This document shows, piece by piece, positions 1-10,517 of a stretch of 64,000 bases of DNA. A program made the position numbers and the translations under genes. Each line of letters opens with the position of its first letter. The first letter of the stretch is position 1. Location: positions 385,861 through 449,860 of the forward strand of contig OZ245760.1 in NCBI GenBank assembly GCA_965227695.1, given 5' to 3'. The notes below the pieces were generated by a model that ran no database searches, was not told the origin of the DNA, and was given only the letters and a program-made list of their open reading frames with translations. Source of the stretch: Gammaproteobacteria bacterium. GTDB taxonomy: Bacteria; Pseudomonadota; Gammaproteobacteria; UBA4575.

Positions 1-1
1 G

Positions 2-346
2 CAATTACTAAAATCACACATGCCAGCGAACATATTGGCAGGGGTCGCTGTATGGTTTCCGGATCCATGGCCCAAAACCCGGCACCATAAACGCAGGCTG
101 GTCCAGAATGCTTTTTTAATTGAGCTGGCCAGAGTCATGCGGCCTGGATCTATTTTGCATCTGGCCAGTGACTGGCAGCCATATGTCGAGTTTATGGAAG
201 ATCACCTCGCTGACCAGGATGCATTCACTCGGATGACGACAAACGACAACCCACTGGGTATCACCCGGCCGCCCACCCGCTTCGAGCAGCGGGGTCTGCG
301 TGTCGGTCACCAGGTCACGGACCTGATATATCAAAGAAACGGGTAA
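2..346 (+). CDS. trmB: tRNA (guanine-N7)-methyltransferase, C-terminal part (5' end outside the window)
   Basis: The frame is open from nt 2. It contains FPDPWPKTRHHKRRLVQ and RPPTRFEQRGLRVGH, which match the conserved TrmB motifs (E. coli FFPDPWHKARHNKRR, TKFEQRG). Confidence 0.85.
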   Translation, partial: QLLKSHMPANILAGVAVWFPDPWPKTRHHKRRLVQNAFLIELARVMRPGSILHLASDWQPYVEFMEDHLADQDAFTRMTTNDNPLGITRPPTRFEQRGLRVGHQVTDLIYQRNG

Positions 347-352
347 CCTGTT

Positions 353-2143
353 TTACTCCGAGCGCGGTGTGTGATTCTTGCTGGATGCAGGGCAATGATC
401 CAGGGTTGAAAGAGGGCACTTTTCTTCACTGCAATGCTCGATTCTATTCCATGCGAAATTAATTGCCTGTTGCTCAGTGTGGAAAAAGTGGTCCAGCCAG
501 GCATCACTGGCAAACCCTGTGCGCAAGAAAACATCCATCACCTGCTTTTTGGTACGGCAGAATAAAAACTCGATTCCCAGGCTATGTAGCCGTACTGCGA
601 GCTGGTGTAGCATTTCTTCGCCTGTGGCATCTATTTCATTAATGCCTTCGGCATCTATAATAATAAATTTCAAATCTTTTTTGGATGCGACTCTTTCAAG
701 CACTTTTTCCTCAAAGTATCCCGTATTTGCGAAAAATAGAGGTCCATCAAAACGCAAGATACTAATTTTCGGGCAGGTTTGCAGAATATGTGCTTCGGCG
801 TCTCCCAAACTTCCGTCACTTTGCATTGAAAGTACAGCAATTCTCGGCCGCATGGTGCGATACATATACAGGCCCATGGAGAGAATCACGCCAACCAAAA
901 TACTTTTTTCCAGATGAGGAGCCCACAACAAAGTCAGTGCAAAAGTAATTACCGCGACAATGGCATCATGCTTTTGCACCCGCCAGGCATATTTGATCGG
1001 TTTAAATTTAATCAGGTTGAAGACCGCAAGGATGATGACTGCAGCAAGTGTTGGCTGTGGAAGGTGATAAAGCAGGGGGGTTAAAAATAATAGTGTGAGC
1101 ATTACCAAAAAGCCACTGGTAATCGCAGCAAAGCCCGTTTTCGCACCGGCACTCAGGTTGATTGCAGAGCGTGAGAAAGAACCCGAGACGGCATACCCCT
1201 GAAATAAACTCGAAGTGATATTGGCAAGACCCTGGCCAACCAGTCCCTGGTTGGCGTCCAGTCGCTGACGTGTCTGGGCGGCGATGGCCTTGGCAACAGA
1301 GATTGCTTCGGTGAAACCAATCAGGCCAATCGCGATGGCGCTGGCGATGAGTTGCATGGCTACCTGGATGTCAATATCGGGAAAAGACAAGGCAGGGATA
1401 CCTTGTGGGATTGTCCCGACAACTTTGCCGCCCATTTCTTCATATTTCAATAGCCATGATGCGAAAGTCGTGATAGCCACTGCGGCAAGCACACCCGGTA
1501 TTTTGGGAGCGTACTTTTTCAGAAGGATCATCATGGCCAACGCACCAATACTAAAAGCGACGGTGGGCATGTGGGTATGGTGCCAGGCCTGTTCAATAAT
1601 GCGCCATACGGTTTCATAATGATGCTCGGCCCGTTCTGCACTGACACCAAATAATTTACCAAGCTGGGAAGTTGCAATAATGATGGCCGCGCCGTTGGTG
1701 AATCCAACCACAACAGGGTGAGACAGGAAGTCCACGAAAAAACCCAGCTGTAACAGGCCGAGTGATAATTGAAAAATTCCCACCATTAGTGCCAGCATAA
1801 TGGCATAAGCCGCATACTGTGTTGGATCTCCAGTGGCATAAGGGGCCAGCGCGGAAGCGGTCAAGAGTGAAACGACGGCGACAGGGCCGGTATGTACCTG
1901 TCGTGAAGATCCCATCAGCGACGCAATCATCACCGGCAGGAATGAGGCATAAAGGCCATAGTAAGCGGGGAGCCCGGCCAACTGGGCATAAGCCATTGAC
2001 TGGGGGATCAGAACCAACGCTACCGAAATACCGGCAATCAGGTCAGCCTTTAAGATTTGGGGATCTTTTAATTCATAAATCCATTCACGAAACGGCAGAA
2101 AACGCGTAGTTAATCTACGGGATATCAAGCTTAATAAGTTCAA
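353..2143 (-). CDS. SulP/SLC26-family anion (sulfate/bicarbonate) permease with C-terminal STAS domain
   Basis: 596-aa ORF with many hydrophobic segments (LIPQSMAYAQLAGLP motif). A STAS-like region follows (ILRFDGPLFFANTGYFE...IIIDAEGINEIDATGEEML). Confidence 0.85.
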   Translation of the reverse strand: MNLLSLISRRLTTRFLPFREWIYELKDPQILKADLIAGISVALVLIPQSMAYAQLAGLPAYYGLYASFLPVMIASLMGSSRQVHTGPVAVVSLLTASALAPYATGDPTQYAAYAIMLALMVGIFQLSLGLLQLGFFVDFLSHPVVVGFTNGAAIIIATSQLGKLFGVSAERAEHHYETVWRIIEQAWHHTHMPTVAFSIGALAMMILLKKYAPKIPGVLAAVAITTFASWLLKYEEMGGKVVGTIPQGIPALSFPDIDIQVAMQLIASAIAIGLIGFTEAISVAKAIAAQTRQRLDANQGLVGQGLANITSSLFQGYAVSGSFSRSAINLSAGAKTGFAAITSGFLVMLTLLFLTPLLYHLPQPTLAAVIILAVFNLIKFKPIKYAWRVQKHDAIVAVITFALTLLWAPHLEKSILVGVILSMGLYMYRTMRPRIAVLSMQSDGSLGDAEAHILQTCPKISILRFDGPLFFANTGYFEEKVLERVASKKDLKFIIIDAEGINEIDATGEEMLHQLAVRLHSLGIEFLFCRTKKQVMDVFLRTGFASDAWLDHFFHTEQQAINFAWNRIEHCSEEKCPLSTLDHCPASSKNHTPRSE

Positions 2144-2361
2144 CGAAATTCCTTCTTACCGACTATGTCTTGTATCTTTATTATGGTTTGTCGCCAGAAA
2201 CAGGCGGTACGCCCAGTTGCTCCTGTAGAACCAGGGTCAACTCATAATTATATCGTGTGGCATTGTATCATAATATTCAGGTGGTTATGATCACCACTAA
2301 ATTAATTTTAACAACCTATATCTGTTTGCGTGCAGAGACATAACTCATCCCGGAATCTTTA

Positions 2362-3393
2362 ATGCAATACACTTTTCTTGGCAATTCGGATTTAAATGTC
2401 AGTAAAATCTGTTTGGGAACCATGACATTCGGCGAGCAAAATAGTGAGCGTGAGGCTCATCAGCAACTCAGCTTTGCGCTTGAACATGGTGTGAATTTTA
2501 TTGATACCGCGGAAATGTATCCGGTCCCACCCTGCGAGAAGACACAGGGTAATACGGAAAAATTTATCGGGACCTGGCTTCACCAGTCCAGGCAAAGACA
2601 AAACGTGATCATTGCCAGCAAGGTAGCGGGACCGGGAATGATGAGTTACCTGCGTGGCGGCGCACAATTAGTGCGCGAGCAAATACAGCAGGCGCTGGAT
2701 GAGAGTTTGCAGCGCCTGCAAACAGATTATATTGATCTGTACCAGGTGCACTGGCCTGCCAGAGATACAAATTTTTTCGGTAAACTCGGTTACCAATATA
2801 ATGAGACGATTGCCACACCAATTGAGGAAACACTTGCCGCGCTTAATGAGTTTGTCCACTCAGGCAAAATCCGCTACATAGGCATTTCCAATGAAACTCC
2901 GTGGGGGTTGTCCCGGTATTTGACGCTGGCGAAAGATAACCAGTGGCCGCGAGTTGTATCTGTTCAAAACCCTTATAGTCTGCTCAATCGAACTTATGAA
3001 ATTGGCCTGGCAGAGTTTTCCCAGCGTGAAAAAGTCAGTTTGCTCGCCTATTCACCTCTTGGCTTTGGCGTGTTAACCGGTAAATATATAGATGGAAAAA
3101 ATATAGCACGGGCGCGGCTGACATTATTTGAAAATTATACGCGCTATAGTAATCCGCAGGCACAGGCGGCCACGCGCAAATACGTGTCTCTGGCCAAAAG
3201 TCATGGACTCTCGCCAGCGCAGATGGCGCTGGCATATATAAATTCGCGTCCATTTGTTGGGGCCAATATCATAGGTGCCACCAATCTTGTTCAGTTAGAG
3301 GAAAATATAGAAAGCATTAATATCAGTTTAGATGATGAAATCATCGAGGCAATTGAACAGATTCACCAGAAACTCCCTAATCCAAGTCCCTGA
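2362..3393 (+). CDS. tas: NADP(H)-dependent aldo-keto reductase, Tas-like
   Basis: The N-terminus LGTMTFGEQNSEREAHQQL...IDTAEMYPVPP...TQGNTE is near-collinear with E. coli Tas (LGTMTFGEQNSEADAHAQL...AEMYPVPP). Length is 343 aa. Confidence 0.85.
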   Translation: MQYTFLGNSDLNVSKICLGTMTFGEQNSEREAHQQLSFALEHGVNFIDTAEMYPVPPCEKTQGNTEKFIGTWLHQSRQRQNVIIASKVAGPGMMSYLRGGAQLVREQIQQALDESLQRLQTDYIDLYQVHWPARDTNFFGKLGYQYNETIATPIEETLAALNEFVHSGKIRYIGISNETPWGLSRYLTLAKDNQWPRVVSVQNPYSLLNRTYEIGLAEFSQREKVSLLAYSPLGFGVLTGKYIDGKNIARARLTLFENYTRYSNPQAQAATRKYVSLAKSHGLSPAQMALAYINSRPFVGANIIGATNLVQLEENIESINISLDDEIIEAIEQIHQKLPNPSP

Positions 3394-3406
3394 TGCTGCC
3401 GATGCC

Positions 3407-4123
3407 TTAAACCTTTTGCTGTATATTTTTTCGTGTTTCGTGCAGCCAGTGAGAATATTCATCCCTTAGCTGTTGTGTACTTCGCCCCAGGGTGGAGATT
3501 GGTTTGCCAATATGTAAATGAATCGTCCCCGGTGTTTTTAAAAACCCCTTTCTTGGCCATAGTCGCCCGGCATCATGCGCGACAGGAAGAATATCTGTTT
3601 TGGCTTTTTTCGCCAGTACAAAGCCGCCAATCTTGAGAGGGCGCTCCTCCTCATAAGGGATGCGGGTACCTTCTGGAAAAATAAGTATAAAGCGCCCCAG
3701 GGCAAGTTTGGTCTTCCCATCTTTTATCAGTTGCTGAAAAGACTTTTGACCCTGCTTGCGATTGAGAGCGATGGGCTGTGTTGATGCGATGCCCCAGCCA
3801 AACAAAGGAATATAAAGAAGTTCTTTTTTAATCACCCAGGTAAGTGTCGGGAAGATAGAGGGAAATGCAAGTGTTTCCCATGTTGACTGGTGATTAGAAA
3901 TGATCACGCAGGCCTGCGATGGGATATTATCCAGTCCGCTGACCTCATAGCGAATGCCGCAGGTAATTCGTAACCAAAATACGTTAAATGCGCACCAGCG
4001 GGAAACAATATGGAAGCATAACCGGTAGGGTAGCAGACGCGCGAATATGGACGGTATCACCCATATTAAAGTCGAAATTGTCATGCCAAGGATGAACAGG
4101 GTGGAGCGAATTAAGCGCATCAA
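3407..4123 (-). CDS. plsC: 1-acyl-sn-glycerol-3-phosphate (lysophospholipid) acyltransferase
   Basis: Has an N-terminal TM segment, an NHQSTWE (NHxxxxD/E-type) block and an FPEGTR block. It overlaps gmhB by 4 nt, in the same order as the Pseudomonas glyQS-gmhB-plsC cluster. Confidence 0.8.
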   Translation of the reverse strand: MMRLIRSTLFILGMTISTLIWVIPSIFARLLPYRLCFHIVSRWCAFNVFWLRITCGIRYEVSGLDNIPSQACVIISNHQSTWETLAFPSIFPTLTWVIKKELLYIPLFGWGIASTQPIALNRKQGQKSFQQLIKDGKTKLALGRFILIFPEGTRIPYEEERPLKIGGFVLAKKAKTDILPVAHDAGRLWPRKGFLKTPGTIHLHIGKPISTLGRSTQQLRDEYSHWLHETRKNIQQKV

Positions 4124-4659
4124 TTCCCCATATTTTGTTTAAGCAGCAAATCTACTGCTTCATAAAGATTGTTGTAGACTCTGACGTTTTCCGGGACTTC
4201 TCCACTGTGATAAGTTGACGCGCCTTTACCAGTGAGAACCAGAATGGGAATCGCATCAACTGCCATGGCTGCCTCGAGATCTCTCATGGCGTCACCAATA
4301 AATGGTGTAGTTTGCAAATCAATCTGTGCACGATTGGCAATATCTACAAGCAGGCCTGGATTGGGTTTGCGACATTGGCCTGATAAAAATGGGCAAAAGA
4401 AAAATCCATTCACGTGTCCTCCAAGTGCTTCTGCCTGGTGCTGAAGTTTTTTATGCATTTCATACAACGTATTATAGTTGAACAAACCATAGGCCAGGCC
4501 AGACTGGTTGCTAGCAATATAAACTTTAATTCCGGCTTTTGTTAATCGCGCGATGGCTTCAATGCTCCCTTCAATCGCATGCCATTCATCGGCAGATTTG
4601 ACATAATCGGGGCTATCGTGATTGATGACGCCATCACGGTCAAGAATAACAGCTCGCAT
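4120..4659 (-). CDS. gmhB: HAD-IIIA phosphatase, D-glycero-D-manno-heptose-1,7-bisphosphate 7-phosphatase-like
   Basis: Contains ILDRDGVIN (DxDG nucleophile motif), SNQSG, CRKPNPGLL and GDAMRDL motifs. The usual CPHxP...CxC zinc loop is shortened to FCPFLSGQC. Confidence 0.75.
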   Translation of the reverse strand: MRAVILDRDGVINHDSPDYVKSADEWHAIEGSIEAIARLTKAGIKVYIASNQSGLAYGLFNYNTLYEMHKKLQHQAEALGGHVNGFFFCPFLSGQCRKPNPGLLVDIANRAQIDLQTTPFIGDAMRDLEAAMAVDAIPILVLTGKGASTYHSGEVPENVRVYNNLYEAVDLLLKQNMGN

Positions 4660-4676
4660 GATTCAAGTAATATTCA

Positions 4677-6746
4677 TCAACTTTGTAGCAGAGAGATATC
4701 GGCAATAATCGAAAACATGGCATTCACTGAGGCCAGTAATGCAATTCTGTTAGAACGTATGCTTTCATTGTCATCCATCACCATTACATCATCAAAAAAA
4801 TTATCAATGGCTGGTCGCAGTGCGGCAAGTGAAGTCAATGCTTCAGCATATTGACGCGATTTCAGCATGTCCGTCACTGAGGATTCTAGCTGTGTACTCT
4901 GCGTATATAATACTTTTTCTGCGGTTTCCGTGAACAGTTGCGGATCAATCGCCGGTTGATCTGAAGAAGATTTCTTAAGGATGTTCCTGATTCGCTTATT
5001 GCCTGCGGCAAGGCTTTGTGCTTCAGCCAGTGTGCGAAAATGCTGCACGGCTTGGATGCGGTCTGCAAAATCTACCAGGCTGAGAGGCTCCACGCTTCTC
5101 ACTGCTTCAATGGTATCCGAGGCAATGTGTTGATCAACAAAGTAACCGCGCAGACGCTCAAGAATAAATTCCGAGACTTCTTGATGTATGCCGGATGTGT
5201 CAGTTTTATCTGCAATTAACTGCACAGAGTGTGACAAAAGACCCTGTAAATCGAAATCTACTTTTCCTTCTATTGCAATGCGTACGATACTGAGCGCGGC
5301 CCTTCTTAATGCGTATGGATCTTTTACCCCACTGGGTTTTTTACCGGTGGCAAAGATACCTGTCAGTGTGTCAAGACGATCACATATGGCAACGACTTTG
5401 CCGGTCAGCGTTTCCGGGATGGGGTCCCCTGCCTGCAATGGCTGGTAGTGTTCCTGTATGGCGATTGCCACTTCATTATGTTCATGATCATTCAGCGCAT
5501 AATAGCGTCCCATAATACCCTGAAGTTTGGGGAACTCATTGACCATATCGGTTAACAGATCTGCTTTGGATAATTTGGCCGCACGTATTGCCCGTGTGTC
5601 ATCAACTCCCAGTTGCTGACACAGACAGGCTGTTAATTGCGCAACTCTTTCCGTCTTCTCGTAAATGGATCCAAGCTGTTTTTCAAACAACAAGTCTTTC
5701 AATTGTTCCCTGCGACAATCCAGCGTTTTTTGTTTGTCTCGCTGCCAAAAAAACGCGGCATCTTCAAAGCGTGGCTTGATCACTCTTTCATTGCCGCGCT
5801 TAATTGTGTCAGGGTGAGTACTCTCTATATTTGCAATCGTAATAAAATAAGGAAGCAGATTGTGCTGTTCGACTGAAAACATGGGAAAGTACCGCTGGGC
5901 ATCCTGCATGGTAACTACCAGTGCCTCATGAGGTATTTCCAGGAACTGCTTTGAAAACTCACCGACGACTGCGGCGGGCCATTCTACCAGATTGGTTACC
6001 TCTTCCAGCATCTCCTGCGGATAGTCCAGACGCGCATGATATTTATCAGCCTGTTCCTGTAACAAGGACAAAATTGTGTTTTTTCTCTGATCAAAATCCA
6101 CAATCACAAACGCGTTGGTTAATTCTGTGACATAGTTATCTGCGTGTGCCAACTCAATTGGGCCCGGTGCATGAAACCTGTGTCCGTAGGTGATATTTGC
6201 AGAATCTATATTCTTTAATTGGCAATGAATGGTTTGGCTGCCATGCATGACTACTAGCCAGTGAACAGGACGCACAAATTCAACATCACTGTTTCCCCAG
6301 CGCATCGGGCGCGGAATAGGTAATTTTTCCAGCCCTTGTTGAAGAATATCCGGGACAATATCTGACAGAGGTTTGCCGGCTACGGTCGACCGATAATATA
6401 ACCACGCCCCTTTATCATTTTCGAATTTTTCCAGCGCGTCAATGTCAACATTACACGATCTGGCAAATCCCAGGGCGGCCTTGGTTGGTTGACCATGATC
6501 ATCATAAGCCGCACTGACTGCCGGACCTTTGCGCTCAATAGTTTGTTCTGGTTGTTGCGCACTGCAGTGTGTCAGACTTATAGCAAGTCTTCTTGGTGTG
6601 ACAAAAGAATTGACTCCTTCGAAAACGAAACCACATTCCTTTAACTGCTCTGACACGTAATCGGTGAGTGCGGTACTTAGCTTTTTTGCCGAAGCGGGCG
6701 GCAACTCCTCTGTGCCTATTTCTATGAGTAATGTCTCTGTGACCAT
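4677..6746 (-). CDS. glyS: glycine--tRNA ligase beta subunit
   Basis: 689 aa. Starts TLLIEIGTEELPP and contains PRRLA, MRWG and HRFH motifs. The start ATG overlaps the glyQ stop (TAATG). Confidence 0.95.
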   Translation of the reverse strand: MVTETLLIEIGTEELPPASAKKLSTALTDYVSEQLKECGFVFEGVNSFVTPRRLAISLTHCSAQQPEQTIERKGPAVSAAYDDHGQPTKAALGFARSCNVDIDALEKFENDKGAWLYYRSTVAGKPLSDIVPDILQQGLEKLPIPRPMRWGNSDVEFVRPVHWLVVMHGSQTIHCQLKNIDSANITYGHRFHAPGPIELAHADNYVTELTNAFVIVDFDQRKNTILSLLQEQADKYHARLDYPQEMLEEVTNLVEWPAAVVGEFSKQFLEIPHEALVVTMQDAQRYFPMFSVEQHNLLPYFITIANIESTHPDTIKRGNERVIKPRFEDAAFFWQRDKQKTLDCRREQLKDLLFEKQLGSIYEKTERVAQLTACLCQQLGVDDTRAIRAAKLSKADLLTDMVNEFPKLQGIMGRYYALNDHEHNEVAIAIQEHYQPLQAGDPIPETLTGKVVAICDRLDTLTGIFATGKKPSGVKDPYALRRAALSIVRIAIEGKVDFDLQGLLSHSVQLIADKTDTSGIHQEVSEFILERLRGYFVDQHIASDTIEAVRSVEPLSLVDFADRIQAVQHFRTLAEAQSLAAGNKRIRNILKKSSSDQPAIDPQLFTETAEKVLYTQSTQLESSVTDMLKSRQYAEALTSLAALRPAIDNFFDDVMVMDDNESIRSNRIALLASVNAMFSIIADISLLQS

Positions 6747-7636
6747 TATTTACTTTTAACTTTGAGCAGCGGGAAACCTAATTCTTCTCGTGCGTTAAAA
6801 AATGTTTTTGCAACAACCTTGGCGAGTGTTCTGATACGCAGGATATACTGCTGGCGCTCCGTGACCGATATGACCTGCCTTGCATCAAGCATGTTAAAAA
6901 TGTGGGATGCTTTTAATACCTGCTCGTACGCGGGTAAGGCAAGGTTATTTTCAACCAGTTTATTACATTCACGCTCACTGCCATCAAATTCGTTAAACAG
7001 CTGGGAGGTATCAGCAAACTCAAAATTATAGGTGGATTGCTCTACCTCGTTTTGATGAAATATCTCTCCGTAGCTAACATTTGCATTCCAGTCTAACTGA
7101 TAGATGTCATCTTTACCCTGCAGATACATGGCCAGACGTTCCAGCCCATAAGTGATTTCACCGGTCACTGGTTTACAGTTAAGCCCGCCGACCTGTTGAA
7201 AATAAGTGAACTGTGACACTTCCATCCCATTGAGCCACACTTCCCAGCCCAGTCCCCATGCTCCCAATGTGGGTGACTCCCAGTTATCTTCCACAAAGCG
7301 AATATCATGTTCAAGAGGATCAATACCAAGGTGTTCAAGCGACTCAATATAAAGCTGTTGTATATTGTCGGGTGATGGCTTGAGGACAACCTGAAACTGG
7401 TAATAGTGTTGCAGGCGGTTTGGGTTGTCACCATAGCGGCCGTCCGTAGGCCGACGACAGGGCTGGGCATAGGCAGCAGCCCATGGCTCGGGTCCGATCG
7501 CGCGTAGGAATGTGCCCGGATGGAATGTTCCTGCACCGACCTCTTTATCAAAAGGCTGGAGTATTATGCAACCCTGATTGGCCCAGTAAGATTGCAGGGT
7601 AAGAATGAGCGTCTGAAAGCTGATTGAATTTGTCAC
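6746..7636 (-). CDS. glyQ: glycine--tRNA ligase alpha subunit
   Basis: Near-identical blocks to E. coli GlyQ ([53 protein letters not shown]). The tracked ORF starts at TTG 7687. The in-frame GTG at 7636 gives [11 protein letters not shown]..., which matches the E. coli N-terminal length better. The start is uncertain. Confidence 0.9.
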   Translation of the reverse strand: MTNSISFQTLILTLQSYWANQGCIILQPFDKEVGAGTFHPGTFLRAIGPEPWAAAYAQPCRRPTDGRYGDNPNRLQHYYQFQVVLKPSPDNIQQLYIESLEHLGIDPLEHDIRFVEDNWESPTLGAWGLGWEVWLNGMEVSQFTYFQQVGGLNCKPVTGEITYGLERLAMYLQGKDDIYQLDWNANVSYGEIFHQNEVEQSTYNFEFADTSQLFNEFDGSERECNKLVENNLALPAYEQVLKASHIFNMLDARQVISVTERQQYILRIRTLAKVVAKTFFNAREELGFPLLKVKSK

Positions 7637-8241
7637 AATTCTCGCATGATGATTCAGTGAGAGGCGCGATTGTACCGTGTACACCAATGAATACGAGGAT
7701 TATTTTATTAGAGTGAGGGCCTGGTGGCGAATTCGCGTCGTTGAAGACGGTCGCTATGCAGTCTGTCACAAGACATCCTTGTCTTGACAGATTTCATCCT
7801 GAAAATTGAGTCTTCCGTGAAATCTCAAGTCCTCGCGTCTGATTACCATCCCTGGCAGGTCAGACCCTCCCTGAGCTTGAGACATCTTGCTACGCAACAC
7901 GTATTTACACTTTATAAGGTGTCTCACTAATCTCAGCAAAGTACATGCCAAAAGCCAAAAGCAGGCACTTTGCAAAAATATAACTATCTGATTTTATTGG
8001 TATTAAGAAAACCTGAAGGTATTGCTGTCAAGATAAGCGGGCATTTATCCTATGATGGAATAACAGGTTTCACGCGCGCCTTTCTGGCAAATAGTGGCGC
8101 ATGGTGACAAAAAATGGCGGCGAAGATGACACGCCGTGAAAATTACATTATAAGATTACATAAACCGTCAACGCATAGTCCGCGAACAAGGAAGGACGCA
8201 CCCATAAGTACGCACTAATAGAGGGCATACTGCGCCTTTAT

Positions 8242-8258
8242 AGCACTATTTTGGTGCA
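8242..8258. promoter_or_regulatory. NtrC (enhancer) binding site upstream of glnA
   Basis: AGCACTATTTTGGTGCA matches the dyad TGCACCA-N3-TGGTGCA at 15/17 positions. It lies ~70-90 bp upstream of the sigma54 element. Confidence 0.6.
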
Positions 8259-8318
8259 TATGTGGATGGACGCGGTTGCAGACGCTTGATAACCTGCTGA
8301 TTATACATGTGAATCGCA

Positions 8319-8334
8319 TGGCACATATCGTGCA
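8319..8334 (+). promoter_or_regulatory. sigma54 (-24/-12) promoter of glnA (glnAp2-like)
   Basis: TGGCACatatcGTGCA has GG and GC spaced exactly as in TGGCAC-N5-TTGCA. It lies ~85 bp upstream of the glnA ATG. Confidence 0.7.
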
Positions 8335-8416
8335 GTGTTTGTGATTACTGAATCATTCTATGTCATCAGGCCACTAGTTCGGTTAATTAAAAATTATTAA
8401 AAATAGGAGTTTATAA

Positions 8417-9826
8417 ATGTCCGCAAGCGATGTTTTGAAAATGATAAAAGATAACGACGTACGATTCGTCGACTTTCGCTTCACAGATACGCGAGGCAAA
8501 GAACAACATGTATCTGTACCTGCAAGCAGCTTAGACGAGAGTACCTTTGAGTCTGGCAAGATGTTTGATGGATCATCAATTGCGGGATGGAAAGGAATAA
8601 ATGAATCAGACATGATATTGATGCCCGATGCGGAAACGGCCGTCATGGACCCATTCTTTAGTGATCCAACCTTAAATCTGCGTTGTGATATTCTTGAGCC
8701 GTCGACCATGCAGGGTTATTCTCGCGACCCCCGTTCCGTTGCTAAACGTGCGGAGGCATACCTTGTGTCATCTGGTATCGCGGATACCGCCTATTTTGGC
8801 CCCGAACCAGAGTTCTTCATTTTTGACGATGTTCGATGGAGAAATGAAATGTCAGGCGCCTCTTTTGAGATCGATTCAGAAGAAGCTGCCTGGGCTTCCA
8901 ATAAAGTCCATGAAGACGGCAATATTGGCCACAGACCTGGGGTGAAAGGGGGTTATTTCCCTGTTCCACCCGTTGATGCTTACCAGGATATCCGTTCTGC
9001 CATGTGTCAGGTACTGGAAGAAATGGGCGTACAAACGGAAGTGCATCACCATGAAGTCGGTACCGCCGGCCAATGTGAAATAGGCACACGCTTTAATACA
9101 TTGACCAAACGTGCTGACCATAACCAGATTTTGAAGTACGTGGTGCTCAATGTGGCCCATAACTACGGTAAAACCGCGACTTTTATGCCCAAGCCACTGG
9201 TGGGTGATAATGGAAGTGGCATGCATGTTCACATGTCATTGTCGAAGGGGGGTGAAAACCTGTTTGCCGGTGATAAGTACGGAAACCTCTCTCAAACAGC
9301 CCTGTATTACATTGGCGGAATTCTCAAGCATGCCAGGGCGATCAATGCCTTCTCTAATGGCTCTACCAATAGCTACAAGCGTCTGGTCCCCGGATTTGAA
9401 GCGCCTGTGATGCTCGCTTACTCAGCCAGAAACCGCTCGGCGTCCATTCGTATCCCATATGAGTCAAACCCTAAAGGGCGACGCATTGAAGTGCGCTTTG
9501 GTGATGCTGCAGCAAATCCATATTTCACATTTGCCGCGATGTTAATGGCAGGGCTTGACGGTATCCAGAACCAGATTGACCCGGGTGATGCCAATGATAA
9601 GGATCTATATGATTTGCCGCCTGAAGAAGATTCTGCAATCCCCAAGGTCTGCGCATCCCTGGAAGAAGCGCTCGATGCCCTCGACAAGGACCGTGAGTTC
9701 CTCAAAGCGGGCGGCGTGTTCTCGGATGATGCTATAGATGGATACATTCAGCTTAAAATGGCAGAAGTTACCGCAATGCGTCAGGCCACACACCCCATTG
9801 AGTTCAATCTGTATTACAGCTGCTAG
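8417..9826 (+). CDS. glnA: glutamine synthetase type I
   Basis: 469 aa, with [35 protein letters not shown] and [13 protein letters not shown] motifs. It contains the adenylylation-loop-type sequence ([12 protein letters not shown]). A GGAG Shine-Dalgarno lies upstream. Confidence 0.97.
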   Translation: MSASDVLKMIKDNDVRFVDFRFTDTRGKEQHVSVPASSLDESTFESGKMFDGSSIAGWKGINESDMILMPDAETAVMDPFFSDPTLNLRCDILEPSTMQGYSRDPRSVAKRAEAYLVSSGIADTAYFGPEPEFFIFDDVRWRNEMSGASFEIDSEEAAWASNKVHEDGNIGHRPGVKGGYFPVPPVDAYQDIRSAMCQVLEEMGVQTEVHHHEVGTAGQCEIGTRFNTLTKRADHNQILKYVVLNVAHNYGKTATFMPKPLVGDNGSGMHVHMSLSKGGENLFAGDKYGNLSQTALYYIGGILKHARAINAFSNGSTNSYKRLVPGFEAPVMLAYSARNRSASIRIPYESNPKGRRIEVRFGDAAANPYFTFAAMLMAGLDGIQNQIDPGDANDKDLYDLPPEEDSAIPKVCASLEEALDALDKDREFLKAGGVFSDDAIDGYIQLKMAEVTAMRQATHPIEFNLYYSC

Positions 9827-9846
9827 ACTGATTGCTCATAATCATG

Positions 9847-9877
9847 AAAAACGCCCCGCACCGGGGCGTTTTTTTTT
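9847..9877 (+). terminator. rho-independent terminator after glnA
   Basis: Stem ACGCCCC/GGGGCGT (7 bp, GC-rich), a 5-nt loop, then a T9 run. Confidence 0.85.
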
Positions 9878-9931
9878 GCAACCAAGAGGGAAATAGGGTA
9901 TCTAACAGTTACGATTATCAAGAAAAATACT

Positions 9932-10474
9932 ATGAAGTTTATTGCTGTACTATTGGCTGTGGGGCTAGCTGCAAATTCGGTTGTATATGCAGAATTATTC
10001 AAGTGGAAAGATGAGCATGGCAATACGATATATTCCGATCAGCCCCCTCCCGGGGGGCAAAAAGAAGACAGTGAGATAGATCAGCAGGAGTTGCCAGCCA
10101 TCATTACGATGCCCGCGCCCAGGGAATCGACCTCTGCAACCACATCGAGCCAGCAGAACAACCAGGACGAAGCGGGCGTAAATTACCAGGAATTTTCAGT
10201 TTTGACGCCTGAGCACGACTCGATAGTCAGAGAAAATTCTGGAAAAGTGACAATATCTATACGTGTTGAACCGAATATCTTCGTCGAACGTGGTGATATC
10301 CTGGTAATTTATATGGATGATAAAGAAATTGCCAGGGGCGATCAAACGTCGATCATGCTTGATAATGTCGACCGCGGGACCCACTCTGTTAAGGCACAAA
10401 TTCTTAATAATCGTGGTGAGATTATTAATGAAACTGACGTCACAAAATTCACATTGCAGCGATACCATATCTGA
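9932..10474 (+). CDS. DUF4124-domain secreted protein
   Basis: Signal peptide MKFIAVLLAVGLAANSVVYA, then ELFKWKDEHGNTIYSDQPPP, the typical DUF4124 N-terminal signature. It sits between glnA and ntrBC. Confidence 0.7.
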   Translation: MKFIAVLLAVGLAANSVVYAELFKWKDEHGNTIYSDQPPPGGQKEDSEIDQQELPAIITMPAPRESTSATTSSQQNNQDEAGVNYQEFSVLTPEHDSIVRENSGKVTISIRVEPNIFVERGDILVIYMDDKEIARGDQTSIMLDNVDRGTHSVKAQILNNRGEIINETDVTKFTLQRYHI

Positions 10475-10500
10475 CCCAAAACCACCCCCTCGCTCTTAAT

Positions 10501-10517
10501 TGCACCAATATTGTGCA
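10501..10517. promoter_or_regulatory. NtrC binding site in the ntrB upstream region (autoregulation candidate)
   Basis: TGCACCAATATTGTGCA matches TGCACCA-N3-TGGTGCA at 16/17 positions. A TATAAT hexamer follows at 10527-10532. Confidence 0.6.

Noticed and set aside
477-1619. Plus-strand ORFs of 146 aa (477-917) and 111 aa (1284-1619)
   Set aside because: Both are antisense to the SulP permease, which has clear family features. They are low-complexity, Ser/Ala/Ile-rich shadow frames.
7165-7551. 128-aa minus-strand ORF inside glyQ in another frame
   Set aside because: glyQ is unambiguous over this span, with near-identity to E. coli GlyQ blocks. The alternative frame has no support.
7963-7974. 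AGGCACTTTGCA, which resembles a sigma54 -24/-12 element
   Set aside because: The GG-to-GC spacing is 5 bp too short for a functional sigma54 promoter. The properly spaced element is at 8319-8334.
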